Of a stretch of DNA of 64,000 nucleotides, positions 43,601-56,700 are shown one piece after another. Each line of letters opens with the position of its first letter. Within the stretch, counting starts at the first letter, position 1. The stretch lies in assembly GCF_009914755.1 (NCBI RefSeq), contig NC_060925.1; one strand, written 5' to 3'. The DNA is from the human T2T-CHM13v2.0 reference genome, Homo sapiens. A program made the position numbers and the translations under genes. Below the pieces are notes generated by a model that worked only from the letters and a program-made list of their open reading frames with translations, had not been told where the DNA came from and did no database searches.

Positions 43601-46600
43601 CCATTCGAGTCCATTCGATGATGATCACAATGGATTTCATTCCATAATTGTATTCGATTCCATTTGATGATGATTCCATCTGATTCCATTTGATGATTCC
43701 ATTCGTTTCCATCCGATGGTGATTCCATTCGATTCCGTTCAATGATTATTCCATTCGAGTCCATTCTATGATTCCATTCGATTCCATTCGATGATGATTG
43801 CATTCGAGACCATGGATTCTTCCATTCCATTCCATTAGATGATTCCATTCGAGTCCATTCGATGATTCTCTTCGATTCCATTCGATAATTCCGTTTGATT
43901 CTGTTTGATGTTGATTCCATTCGAGTCCATTCAATGATAATTCCATTCGATTCTATGCGATGATTCCATTCCTTTCCATTTGGAGGTGGTTCCATTCGAG
44001 ACCATTCGTTGATTGCATTCAATTCATTCGATGACGATTCCATTGAATTCCGTTCAATGATTCCATTAGATTCCATTTAATGATGATTCCATTCGATTCC
44101 ATTTGATGATGATTCCATGCGATTCCATTAGATGATGACTCCTTTCATTTCCATTCAATGAGGATTCCATTCGGTTCCATTTGATGATGATTCCTTTGAA
44201 TTCCATTTGATGACAATTCCATTCAATACCAATTGATGATGTTTATTTTTGATTCCATTTGATGATGATTACATTCCATTCCATTTGATCATGATTCCAT
44301 TCGATTCCACTCGATGATTCCATTCGATTCCATTCAATGATTATTCCATTTGAGTCGATTCGATGACTCCATTCGATTGTATTCGATGGTGGTTGAATTC
44401 GAGTCCATGGATTAATCCATTGCATTCCATTCGATGATTCCATTCGAGTCCATTCGATGATTCTATTCGATTGCATTCGATAATTCCATTCGATTGCATT
44501 CGATAAATCCATTTGATTCCATTTGAGGATAATTCCATTTGAGTCCATTCGATGATTGTTCCATTCGATTCTATTCGGTGATTCCATTCGACTTCATTTG
44601 ATAATGATTCCATTCGAGACCATTCGATGATTCTATTCAATTCCATTCAATAATGATTCCATTCGAGTCCATTCAACGATTCCATTCAAGTCCATTCGAT
44701 GATTCCATCTGATTCCATTCAATGAATCCATGCGATTCCATTCTATGATGATTCCATTCATTTCCATCTGATGATGATTCCATTCGATTCCATTCAATGA
44801 TTCCTTTCGATTCCATTTGATGATGATTTCAATCAATTTCATTCGATGATTCCATTCGAATCCATTCGATGATGAGTCCATCCATTTCAATTTCATGATA
44901 ATTCCATTCGTTTCAATTCGATGGTGTTTCCATTCGATTCCATTCGATGTTGATTCCATTAGTTTCCATTGGATGATGATTCCATTCGAGTCCATTCAAT
45001 GATGATCACATTGGATTTCATTCCATAATTCTATTCGATTTCATTTGATGATGATTCCATCTGATTCCTTTTGATGATCCCATTCGATTCCATTCGATGA
45101 TGATTCCATTCGTTTCCATCCGATGATGATTCCATTCGATTCCGTTCAATGATTATTCCATTCGAGTCCATTCGATGATTCCATTCGATTCCATTCGATG
45201 ATGATTGCATTCGAGTCCATGGATTCTTCCATTCCATTCCATTAGATGATTTCATTCGAGTCCGTTCGATGATTCTCTTCGATTCCATTCGATAATTCCG
45301 TTTGATTCCGTTTGATGTTGATTCCATTCGGGTCCATTCGATGATAATTCCATTCGATTCTATGCGATGATTCCATTCCATTCCATTTGGAGATGGTTCC
45401 ATTCGAGACCATTCGTTGATTGCATTCAATTCATTCGATGACGATTCCATTCAATTCCGTTCAATGATTCCATTAGATTCCATTTGATGATGATTCCATT
45501 CGATTCCATTTGATGATGATTTCATGCGATTCCATTAGATGATGACTCCTTTCATTTCCATTCAATGAGGATTCCATTCGGTTCCATTTGATGATGATTC
45601 CTTTGAATTCCGTTTGGTGACAATTCCATTCAATACCAATTGATGATGGTTATTTTGATTCCATTTGATGATGATTAGTTTCGATTCCATTTGATCATGA
45701 TTCCATTCGATTCCACTCGATGATTCCATTCAATGATGATTCCATTCGAGTTCGTTGACTATTCCATTCCATTTCATTCGACGATTCCTTTCAAGTCCAT
45801 TCGATGATTCTGTTCGATTGCATTCGATTATTCCATTCGATTGCATTCGATAATTCCATTCGATTCCATTTGAGGATAATTCCATTTGAGTCCATTCGAT
45901 GATTGTTCCATTCGATTCTATTCGGTGATTCCATTCGATTCCATTTGATAATGATTCCATTCGAGACCATTCGATGATTCCATTCAATTCCATTCAATAA
46001 TGATTCCATTCGAGTCCATTCAATGATTCCATTCAAGTCCATTCGATGATTCCATCTGATTCCATTCAATGAATCCATTCGAATCCATTCTATGATGATT
46101 CCATTCATTTCCATCTGATGATGATTCCATTCGATTCCATTCAATGATTCCATTCGATTCCATTTGATGATGATTTCAATCAATTTCATTCGATGATTCC
46201 ATTCGAATCCATTCGATGATGATTCCATCCATTTCAATTTCACGATAATTCCATTCGTTTCAATTCGATGGAGTTTCCATTCGATTCCATTCGATGTTGA
46301 TTCCATTAGTTTCCATTGGATGATGATTCCATTCGAGTCCATTCGATGATGATCACAATGGATTTCATTCCATAATTCTATTCGATTCCATTTGACGATG
46401 ATTCCATCTGATTCCATTTGATGATTCCATTCGTTTCCGTCCGATGATGATTCCATTCGATTCCGTTCAATGATTATTCCATTCGAGTCCATTCTATGAT
46501 TCCATTCGATTCCATTCGATGATGATTGCATTCGAGACCATGGATTCTTCCATTCCATTCCATTAGATGATTCCATTCGAGCCCATTCGATGATTCTCTT

Positions 46601-49600
46601 CGATTCCATTCGATAATTCCGTTTGATTCCGTTTGATGATGATTCCATTCGAGTCCATTCAATGATAATTCCATTCGATTCTATGCGATGATTCCATTCC
46701 TTTCCATTTGGAGGTGGTTCCATTCGAGACCATTCGTTGATTGCATTCAATTCATTCGATGACGATTCCATTGAATTCCGTTCAATGATTCCATTAGATT
46801 CCATTTAATGATGATTCCATTCGATTCCATTTGATGATGATTCCATGCGATTCCATTAGATGATGACTCCTTTCATTTCCATTCAATGAGGATTCCATTC
46901 GGTTCCATTTGATGATGATTCCTTTGAATTCCATTTGATGACAATTCCATTCAATACCAATTGATGATGTTTATTTTTGATTCCATTTGATGATGATTAC
47001 ATTCCATTCCATTTGATCATGATTCCATTCGATTCCACTCTATGATTCCATTCGATTCCATTCAATGATTATTCCATTTGAGTCGATTCGATGACTCCAT
47101 TCGATTGTATTCGATGGTGATTGAATTCGAGTGCATGGATTAATCCATTGCATTCCATTCGATGATTCCATTCGGGTCCTTTCGATGATTCTATTCGATT
47201 GCATTCGATAATTCCATTCGATTGCATTCGATAAATCCATTTGATTCCATTTGAAGATAATTCCATTTGAGTCCATTCGATGATTGTTCCATTCGATTCT
47301 ATTCGGTGATTCCATTCGACTTCATTTGATAATGATTCCATTCGAGACCATTCGATGATTCTATTCAATTCCATTCAATAATGATTCCATTCGAGTCCAT
47401 TCAACGATTCCATTCAAGTCCATTCGATGATTCCATCTGATTCCATTCAATGAATCCATTCGATTCCATTCTATGATGATTCCATTCATTTCCATCTGAT
47501 GATGATTCCATTCGATTCCATTCAATGATTCCTTTCGATTCCATTTGATGATGATTTCAATCAATTACATTCGATGATTCCATTCGAATCCATTCGATGA
47601 TGAGTCCATCCATTTCAATTTCATGATAATTCCATTCATTTCAATTCGATGGTGTTTCCATTCGATTCCATTCGATGTTGATTCCATTAGTTTCCATTGG
47701 ATGATGATTCCATTCGAGTCCATTCAATAATGATCACATTGGATTTCATTCCATAATTCTATTCGATTCCATTTGATGATGATTCCATCTGATTCCATTT
47801 GATGATCCCATTCGATTCCATTCGATGATGATTCCATTCGTTTCCATCCGATGATGATTCATTCGTTTCCGTTCAATGATTATTCCATTCGAGTCCATTC
47901 GATGATTCCATTCGATTCCATTCGATGATGATTGCATTCGAGTCCATGGATTCTTCCATTCCATTGCATTAGATGATTCCATTCGAGTCCGTTCGATGAT
48001 TCTCTTCGATTCCATTCGATAATTCCGTTTGATTCCGTTTGATGTTGATTCCATTCGAGTCCATTCGATGATAATTCCATTCGATTCTATGCGATGATTC
48101 CATTCCATTCCATTTGGAGGTGGTTCCATTCGAGACCATTCGTTGATTGCATTGAATTCATTCGATGACGATTCCATTCAATTCCGTTCAATGATTCCAT
48201 TAGATTCCATTTGATGATGATTCCATGCGATTCCATTAGATGATGACTCCTTTCATTTCCATTCAATGAGGATTCCATTCGGTTCCATTTGATGATGATT
48301 CCTTTGAATTCCGTTTGATGACAATTCCATTCAATACCTATTGATGATGTTTATTTTTGATTCCATTTGATGATGATTACATTCGATTCCATTTGATCAT
48401 GATTCCATTCGATTCCACTCGATGATTCCATTCAATGATGATTCCATTCGAGTTCATTGACTATTCCATTCCATTTCAATCGATGATTCCTTTCAAGTCC
48501 ATTCGATGATTCTGTTCGATTGCATTCGATTATTCCATTCGATTGCATTCGTTAATTCCATTCGATTCCATTTGAGGATAATTCCATTTGAGTCCATTCG
48601 ATGATTGTTCCATTCGATTGTATTCGGTGATTCCATTCGATTCCATTTGATAATGATTCCATTCGAGACCATTCGATGATTCCATTCAATTCCATTCCAT
48701 AATGATTCCATTCGAGTCCATTCAATGATTCCATTCAAGTCCATTCGATGATTCCATCTGATTCCATTCAATGAATCCATTCGATTCCATTCTATGATGA
48801 TTCCATTCATTTCCATTTGATGATGATTCCATTCGATTCCATTCAATGATTCCATTCGATTCCATTTGATGATGATTTCAATCAATTTCATTCGATGATT
48901 CCATTCGAATCCATTCGGTGATGAGTCCATCCATTTCAATTTCATGATAATTCCATTCGTTTCAATTCGATGGAGTTTCCATTCGATTCCATTCGATGTT
49001 GATTCCATTAGTTTCCATTGGATGATGATTTCATTCGAGTCCATTCGATGATGATCACAATGGATTTCATTCCATAATTGTATTCGATTCCATTTGATGA
49101 TGATTCCATCTGATTCCATTTGATGATTCCATTCGTTTCCATCCGATGGTGATTCCATTCGATTCCGTTCAATGATTATTCCATTCGAGTCCATTCTATG
49201 ATTCCATTCGATTCCATTCGATGATGATTGCATTCGAGAAAATGGATTCTTCCATTCCATTCCATTAGATGATTCCATTCGAGTCCATTCGATGATTCTC
49301 TTCGATTCCATTCGATAATTCCGTTTGATTCTGTTTGATGTTGATTCCATTCGAGTCCATTCAATGATAATTCCATTCGATTCTATGCGATGATTCCATT
49401 CCTTTCCATTTGGAGGTGGTTCCTTCGAGACCATTCGTTGATTGCATTCAATTCATTCGATGACGATTCCATTGAATTCCGTTCAATGATTCCATTAGAT
49501 TCCATTTGATGATGATTCCATTCGATTCAATTTGATGATGATTTCATGTGATTCCATTAGATGATGACTCCTTTCATTTCCATTCAATGAGGATTCCAAT

Positions 49601-52600
49601 CGGTTCCATTTGATGATGATTCCTTTGAATTCCATTTGATGACAATTCCATTCAAAACCAATTGATGATGTTTATTTTTGATTCCATTTGATGATGATTA
49701 CATTCCATTCCATTTGATCATGATTCCATTCGATTCCACTCGATGATTCCATTCGATTCCATTCAATGATTATTCCATTTGAGTCGATTCGATGACTCCA
49801 TTCGATTGTATTCGATGGTGATTGAATTCGAGTCCATGGATTAATCCATTGCATTCCATTCGATGATTCCATTCGAGTCCATTCGATGATTCTATTCGAT
49901 TGCATTCGATAATTCCATTCGATTGCATTCGATAAATCCATTTGATTCCATTTGAGGATAATTCCATTTGAGTCCATTCGATGATTGTTCCATTCGATTC
50001 TATTCGGTGATTCCATTCGACTTCATTTGATAATGATTCCATTCGAGACCATTCGATGATTCTATTCAATTCCATTCAATAATGATTCCATTCGAGTCCA
50101 TTCAACGATTCCATTCAAGTCCATTCGATGATTCCATCTGATTCCATTCAATGAATCCATGCGATTCCATTCTATGATGATTCCATTCATTTCCATCTGA
50201 TGATGATTCCATTCGATTCCATTCAATGATTCCTTTCGATTCCATTTGATGATGATTTCAATCAATTTCATTCGATGATTCCATTCGAATCCATTCGATG
50301 ATGAGTCCATCCATTTCAATTTCATGATAATTCCATTCGTTTCAATTCGATGGTGTTTCCATTCGATTCCATTCGATGTTGATTCCATTAGTTTCCATTG
50401 GATGATGATTCCATTCGAGTCCATTCAATGATGATCACATTGGATTTCATTCCATAATTCTATTCGATTTCATTTGATGATGATTCCATCTGATTCCTTT
50501 TGATGATCCCATTCGATTCCATTCGATGATGATTCCATTCGTTTCCATCCGATGATGATTCCATTCGATTCCGTTCAATGATTATTCCATTCGAGTCCAT
50601 TCGATGATTCCATTCGATTCCATTCGATGATGATTGCATTCGAGTCCATGGATTCTTCCATTCCATTCCATTAGATGATTCCATTCGAGCCCGTTCGATG
50701 ATTCTCTTCGATTCCATTCGATAATTCCGTTTGATTCCGTTTGATGTTGATTCCATTCGGGTCCATTCGATGATAATTCCATTCGATTCTATGCGATGAT
50801 TCCATTCCATTCCATTTGGAGATGGTTCCATTCGAGACCATTCGTTGATTGCATTCAATTCATTCGATGACGATTCCATTCAATTCTGTTCAATGATTCC
50901 ATTAGATTCCATTTGATGATGATTCCATTCGATTCCATTTGATGATGATTCCATGCGATTCCATTAGATGATGACTCCTTTCATTTCCATTCAATGAGGA
51001 TTCCATTCGGTTCCATTTGATGATGATTCCTTTGAATTCCGTTTGGTGACAATTCCATTCAATACCAATTAATGATGGTTATTTTGATTCCATTTGATGA
51101 TGATTACTTTCGATTCCATTTGATCATGATTCCATTCGATTCCACTCGATGATTCCATTCAATGATGATTCCATTCGAGTTCATTGACTATTCCATTCCA
51201 TTTCAATCGATGATTCCTTTCAAGTCCATTCGATGATTCTGTTCGATTGCATTCGATTATTCCATTCGATTGCATTCGTTAATTCCATTCGATTCCATTT
51301 GAGGATAATTCCATTTGAGTCCATTCGATGATTGTTCCATTCGATTCTATTCGGTGATTCCATTCGATTCCATTTGATAATGATTCCATTCGAGACCATT
51401 CGATGATTCCTTTCAATTCCATTCCATAATGATTCCATTCGAGTCCATTCAATGATTCCATTCAAGTCCATTCGATGATTCCATCTGATTCCATTCAATG
51501 AATCCATTCGATTCCATTCTATGATGATTCCATTCATTTCCATCTGATGATGATTCCATTCGATTCCATTCAATGATTCCATTCGATTCCATTTGATGAT
51601 GATTTCAATCAATTTCATTCGATGATTCCATTCGAATCTATTCGATGATGAGTCCATCCATTTCAATTTCATGATAATTCCATTCGTTTCAATTCGATGG
51701 AGTTTCCATTCGATTCCATTCGATGTTGATTCCATTAGTTTCCATTGGATGATGATTCCATTCGAGTCCATTCGATGATGATCACAATGGATTTCATTCC
51801 ATAATTGTATTCGATTCCATTTGATGATGATTCCATCTGATTCCATTTGATGATTCCATTCGTTTCCATCCGATGGTGATTCCATTCGATTCCGTTCAAT
51901 GATTATTCCATTCGAGTCCATTCTATGATTCCATTCGATTCCATTCGATGATGATTGCATTCGAGACCATGGATTCTTCCATTCCATTCCATTAGATGAT
52001 TCCATTCGAGTCCATTCGATGATTCTCTTCGATTCCATTCGATAATTCCGTTTGATTCTGTTTGATGTTGATTCCATTCGAGTCCATTCAATGATAATTC
52101 CATTCGATTCTATGCGATGATTCCATTCCTTTCCATTTGGAGGTGGTTCCATTCGAGACCATTCGTTGATTGCATTCAATTCATTCGATGACGATTCCAT
52201 TGAATTCCGTTCAATGATTCCATTAGATTCCATTTAATGATGATTCCATTCGATTCCATTTGATGATGATTCCATGCGATTCCATTAGATGATGACTCCT
52301 TTCATTTCCATTCAATGAGGATTCCATTCGGTTCCATTTGATGATGATTCCTTTGAATTCCATTTGATGACAATTCCATTCAATACCAATTGATGATGTT
52401 TATTTTTGATTCCATTTGATGATGATTACATTCCATTCCATTTGATCATGATTCCATTCGATTCCACTCGATGATTCCATTCGATTCCATTCAATGATTA
52501 TTCCATTTGAGTCGATTCGATGACTCCATTCGATTGTATTCGATGGTGGTTGAATTCGAGTCCATGGATTAATCCATTGCATTCCATTCGATGATTCCAT

Positions 52601-53700
52601 TCGAGTCCATTCGATGATTCTATTCGATTGCATTCGATAATTCCATTCGATTGCATTCGATAAATCCATTTGATTCCATTTGAGGATAATTCCATTTGAG
52701 TCCATTCGATGATTGTTCCATTCGATTCTATTCGGTGATTCCATTCGACTTCATTTGATAATGATTCCATTCGAGACCATTCGATGATTCTATTCAATTC
52801 CATTCAATAATGATTCCATTCGAGGCCATTCAACGATTCCATTCAAGTCCATTCGATGATTCCATCTGATTCCATTCAATGAATCCATGCGATTCCATTC
52901 TATGATGATTCCATTCATTTCCATCTGATGATGATTCCATTCGATTCCATTCAATGATTCCTTTCGATTCCATTTGATGATGATTTCAATCAATTTCATT
53001 CGATGATTCCATTCGAATCCATTCGATGATGAGTCCATCCATTTCAATTTCATGATAATTCCATTCGTTTCAATTCGATGGTGTTTCCATTCGATTCCAT
53101 TCGATGTTGATTCCATTAGTTTCCATTGGATGATGATTCCATTCGAGTCCATTCAATGATGATCACATTGGATTTCATTCCATAATTCTATTCGATTTCA
53201 TTTGATGATGATTCCATCTGATTCCTTTTGATGATCCCATTCGATTCCATTCGATGATGATTCCATTCGTTTCCATCCGATGATGATTCCATTCGATTCC
53301 GTTCAATGATTATTCCATTCGAGTCCATTCGATGATTCCATTCGATTCCATTCGATGATGATTGCATTCGAGTCCATGGATTCTTCCATTCCATTCCATT
53401 AGATGATTCCATTCGAGCCCGTTCGATGATTCTCTTCGATTCCATTCGATAATTCCGTTTGATTCCGTTTGATGTTGATTCCATTCGGGTCCATTCGATG
53501 ATAATTCCATTCGATTCTATGCGATGATTCCATTCCATTCCATTTGGAGATGGTTCCATTCGAGACCATTCGTTGATTGCATTCAATTCATTCGATGACG
53601 ATTCCATTCAATTCTGTTCAATGATTCCATTAGATTCCATTTGATGATGATTCCATTCGATTCCATTTGATGATGATTCCATGCGATTCCATTAGATGAT
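37500..53700 (+). repeat. Two tandem copies of an 8157-bp unit, made of three ~2.7-kb S+L dimers
   Basis: Offsets 37573/45730, 38883/47040, 40336/48493, 41515/49672, 43063/51220 and 45031/53188 are all 8157. Internal dimer spacings 2702+2727+2728 sum to 8157. Confidence 0.9.
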
Positions 53701-56700
53701 GACTCCTTTCATTTCCATTCGATGATGATTCCATTCGTTTCCATTCGACGATGATTCCATTCGATTCCGTTCAATGATTATTCCATTCGTGTCCATTCGA
53801 TGATTCCATTCGATTCTATTCGATGATGATTGCATTCGGGTCCATGGATTATTCCATTCCATTCCATTAGATGATTCCATTCGTGGCCATTCGAAGATTC
53901 TCTTCGATTCCATTCGATAATACCGTTTGATTCCGTTTGATGTTGATTCCATTCGAGTCCATTCAATGATAATTCCATTCGATTCTATGCGATGATTCCA
54001 TTCCTTTCCATTTGAAGATGATTCCATTCGAGACCATTTGATGATTGCATTCAATTCATTCGATGACGATTCCATTCAATTCCATTCAATGATTTCATTA
54101 GATTTCATTTGATGATGATTCCATTCGATTCCATTTGATGATGATTCCATGTGATTCCATTAGATGATGACTCCATTCATTTCCATTCAATGAGGATTCC
54201 ATTCGGTTCCATTTGATGATGATTCCTTTGAATTCCATTTGATGACAATTCCATTCAATACCAATTGATGATGGTTATTTGTGATTCCATTTGATGATGA
54301 TTACATTCCATTCCATTTGATCATGATTCCATTCGATTCCACTCGATGATTCCATTCGATTCCATTCAATGATGATTTCATTCGAGTTCATTGACTATTC
54401 CATTCCATTCCATTCGATGATTCCTTTCGAGTCCATTCGATGATTCTATTCGATTGCATTCGGTAATTCCATTCGATTACATTTGATAATTCCATTCGAT
54501 TCCATTTGAGGATAATTCCATTTGAGTCCTTTCGGTGATTGTTCCATTCGATTCTATTCGGTGATTTCATTCGATTCCATTTGATAATGATTCCATTCGA
54601 GACCATTCGATGATTCCACTCAATTCCATTCAAAAATGACTCCATTCGAGTCCATTTAATGATTCCATTCAAGTCCATTCGATGATTCCATCTGATTCCA
54701 TTCAATGAATCCATTCGATTCCATTCTATGATGATTCCATTCATTTCCATCTGATCATGATTCCATTCGATTGCATTCAATGATTCCATTCGATTCCATT
54801 TGATGATGATTTCAATCAATTTCATTCGATGATTCCATTCGAATCCATTCGATGATGAGTCCATCCATTTCAATTTCATGATAATTCCATTCGTTTCAAT
54901 TCGATGGTGTTTCCATTCGATTCCATTCGATGTTGATTCCATTAGTTTCCATTGGATGATGATTCTGTTCGAGTCCATTCCATGATGATCACATTGGATT
55001 TCATTCCATAATTCTATTCGATTCCATTTGATGATGATTCCATCTGATTCCATTTGATGATCCCATTCGATTCCATTCGATGATGATTCCATTCGTTTCC
55101 ATCCGATGATGATTCCATTCGATTCCGTTCAATGATTATTCCATTCGAGTCCATTCGATGATTCCATTCGATTCCATTCGATGATGATTGCATTCGAGTC
55201 CATGGATTCTTCCATTCCATTCCATTAGATGATTCCATTCGAATCCGTTCGATGATTCTCTTCGATTCCATTCGATAATTCCGTTTGATTCCGTTTGATG
55301 TTGATTCCATTCGAGTCCATTCGATGATAATTCCATTCGATTCTATGCGATGATTCCATTCCATTTCATTTGGAGATGGTTCCATTCGAGACCATTCGTT
55401 GATTGCATTCAATTCATTCGATGATGATTCCATTGAATTCCGTTCAATGATTCCATTAGATTCCATTTGATGATGATTCCATTCGATTCCATTTGATGAT
55501 GATTCCATGCGATTCCATTAGATGATGACTCCTTTCATTTCCATTCAATGAGGATTCCATTCGGTTCCATTTGATGATGATTCCTTTGAATTCCGTTTGA
55601 TGACAATTCCATTCAATACCAATTGATCATGGTTATTTTTGATTCCATTTGATGATGATTAGTTTCGATTCCATTTGATCATGATTCCATTCGATTCCAC
55701 TCGATGATTCCATTAAATGATGATTCCATTGGAGTTCATTGACTATTCCATTCCATTTCAATCGATGATTCCTTTCAAGTCCATTCGATGATGCTATTCG
55801 ATTGCATTCGATTATTCCATTCGATTGCATTCGATAATTCCATTCGATTCCATTTGAGGATAATTCCATTTGAGTCCATTCGATGATTGTTCCATTCGAT
55901 TCTATTCGGTGATTCCATTCGATTCCATTTGATAATGATTCCATTCGAGACCATTCGATGATTCCATTCAATTCCATTCAATAATGATTCCATTCGAGTC
56001 CATTCAATGATTCCATTCAAGTATATTCGATGATTCCATCTGATTCCATTCAATGAATCCATTCGATTCCATTCTATGATGATTCCATTCATTTCCATCT
56101 GATGATAATTCCATTCGATTCCATTCAATGATTCCATTCGAATCCATTTGATGATGATTTCAATCAATTTCATTCGATGATTCCATTCGAATCCATTCGA
56201 TGATGAGTCCATCCATTTCAATTTCATGATAATTCCATTCGTTTCAATTCGATGGTGTTTCCATTCGATTCCATTCGATGTTGATTCCATTAGTTTCCAT
56301 TGGATGATGATTCTGTTTGAGTCCATTCCATGATGATCACATTGGATTTCATTCCATAATTCTATTCGATTCCATTTGATGATGATTCCATCTGATTCCA
56401 TTTGATGATCCCATTCGATTCCATTCGATGATGATTCCATTCGTTTCCATCCGATGATGATTCCATTCGATTCCGTTCAATGATTATTCCATTCGAGTCC
56501 ATTCGATGATTCCATTCGATTCCATTCGATGATGATTGCATTCGAGTCCATGGATTCTTCCATTCCATTCCATTAGATGATTCCATTCGAATCCGTTCGA
56601 TGATTCTCTTCGATTCCATTCGATAATTCCGTTTGATTCCGTTTGATGTTGATTCCATTCGAGTCCATTCGATGATAATTCCATTCGATTCTATGCGATG

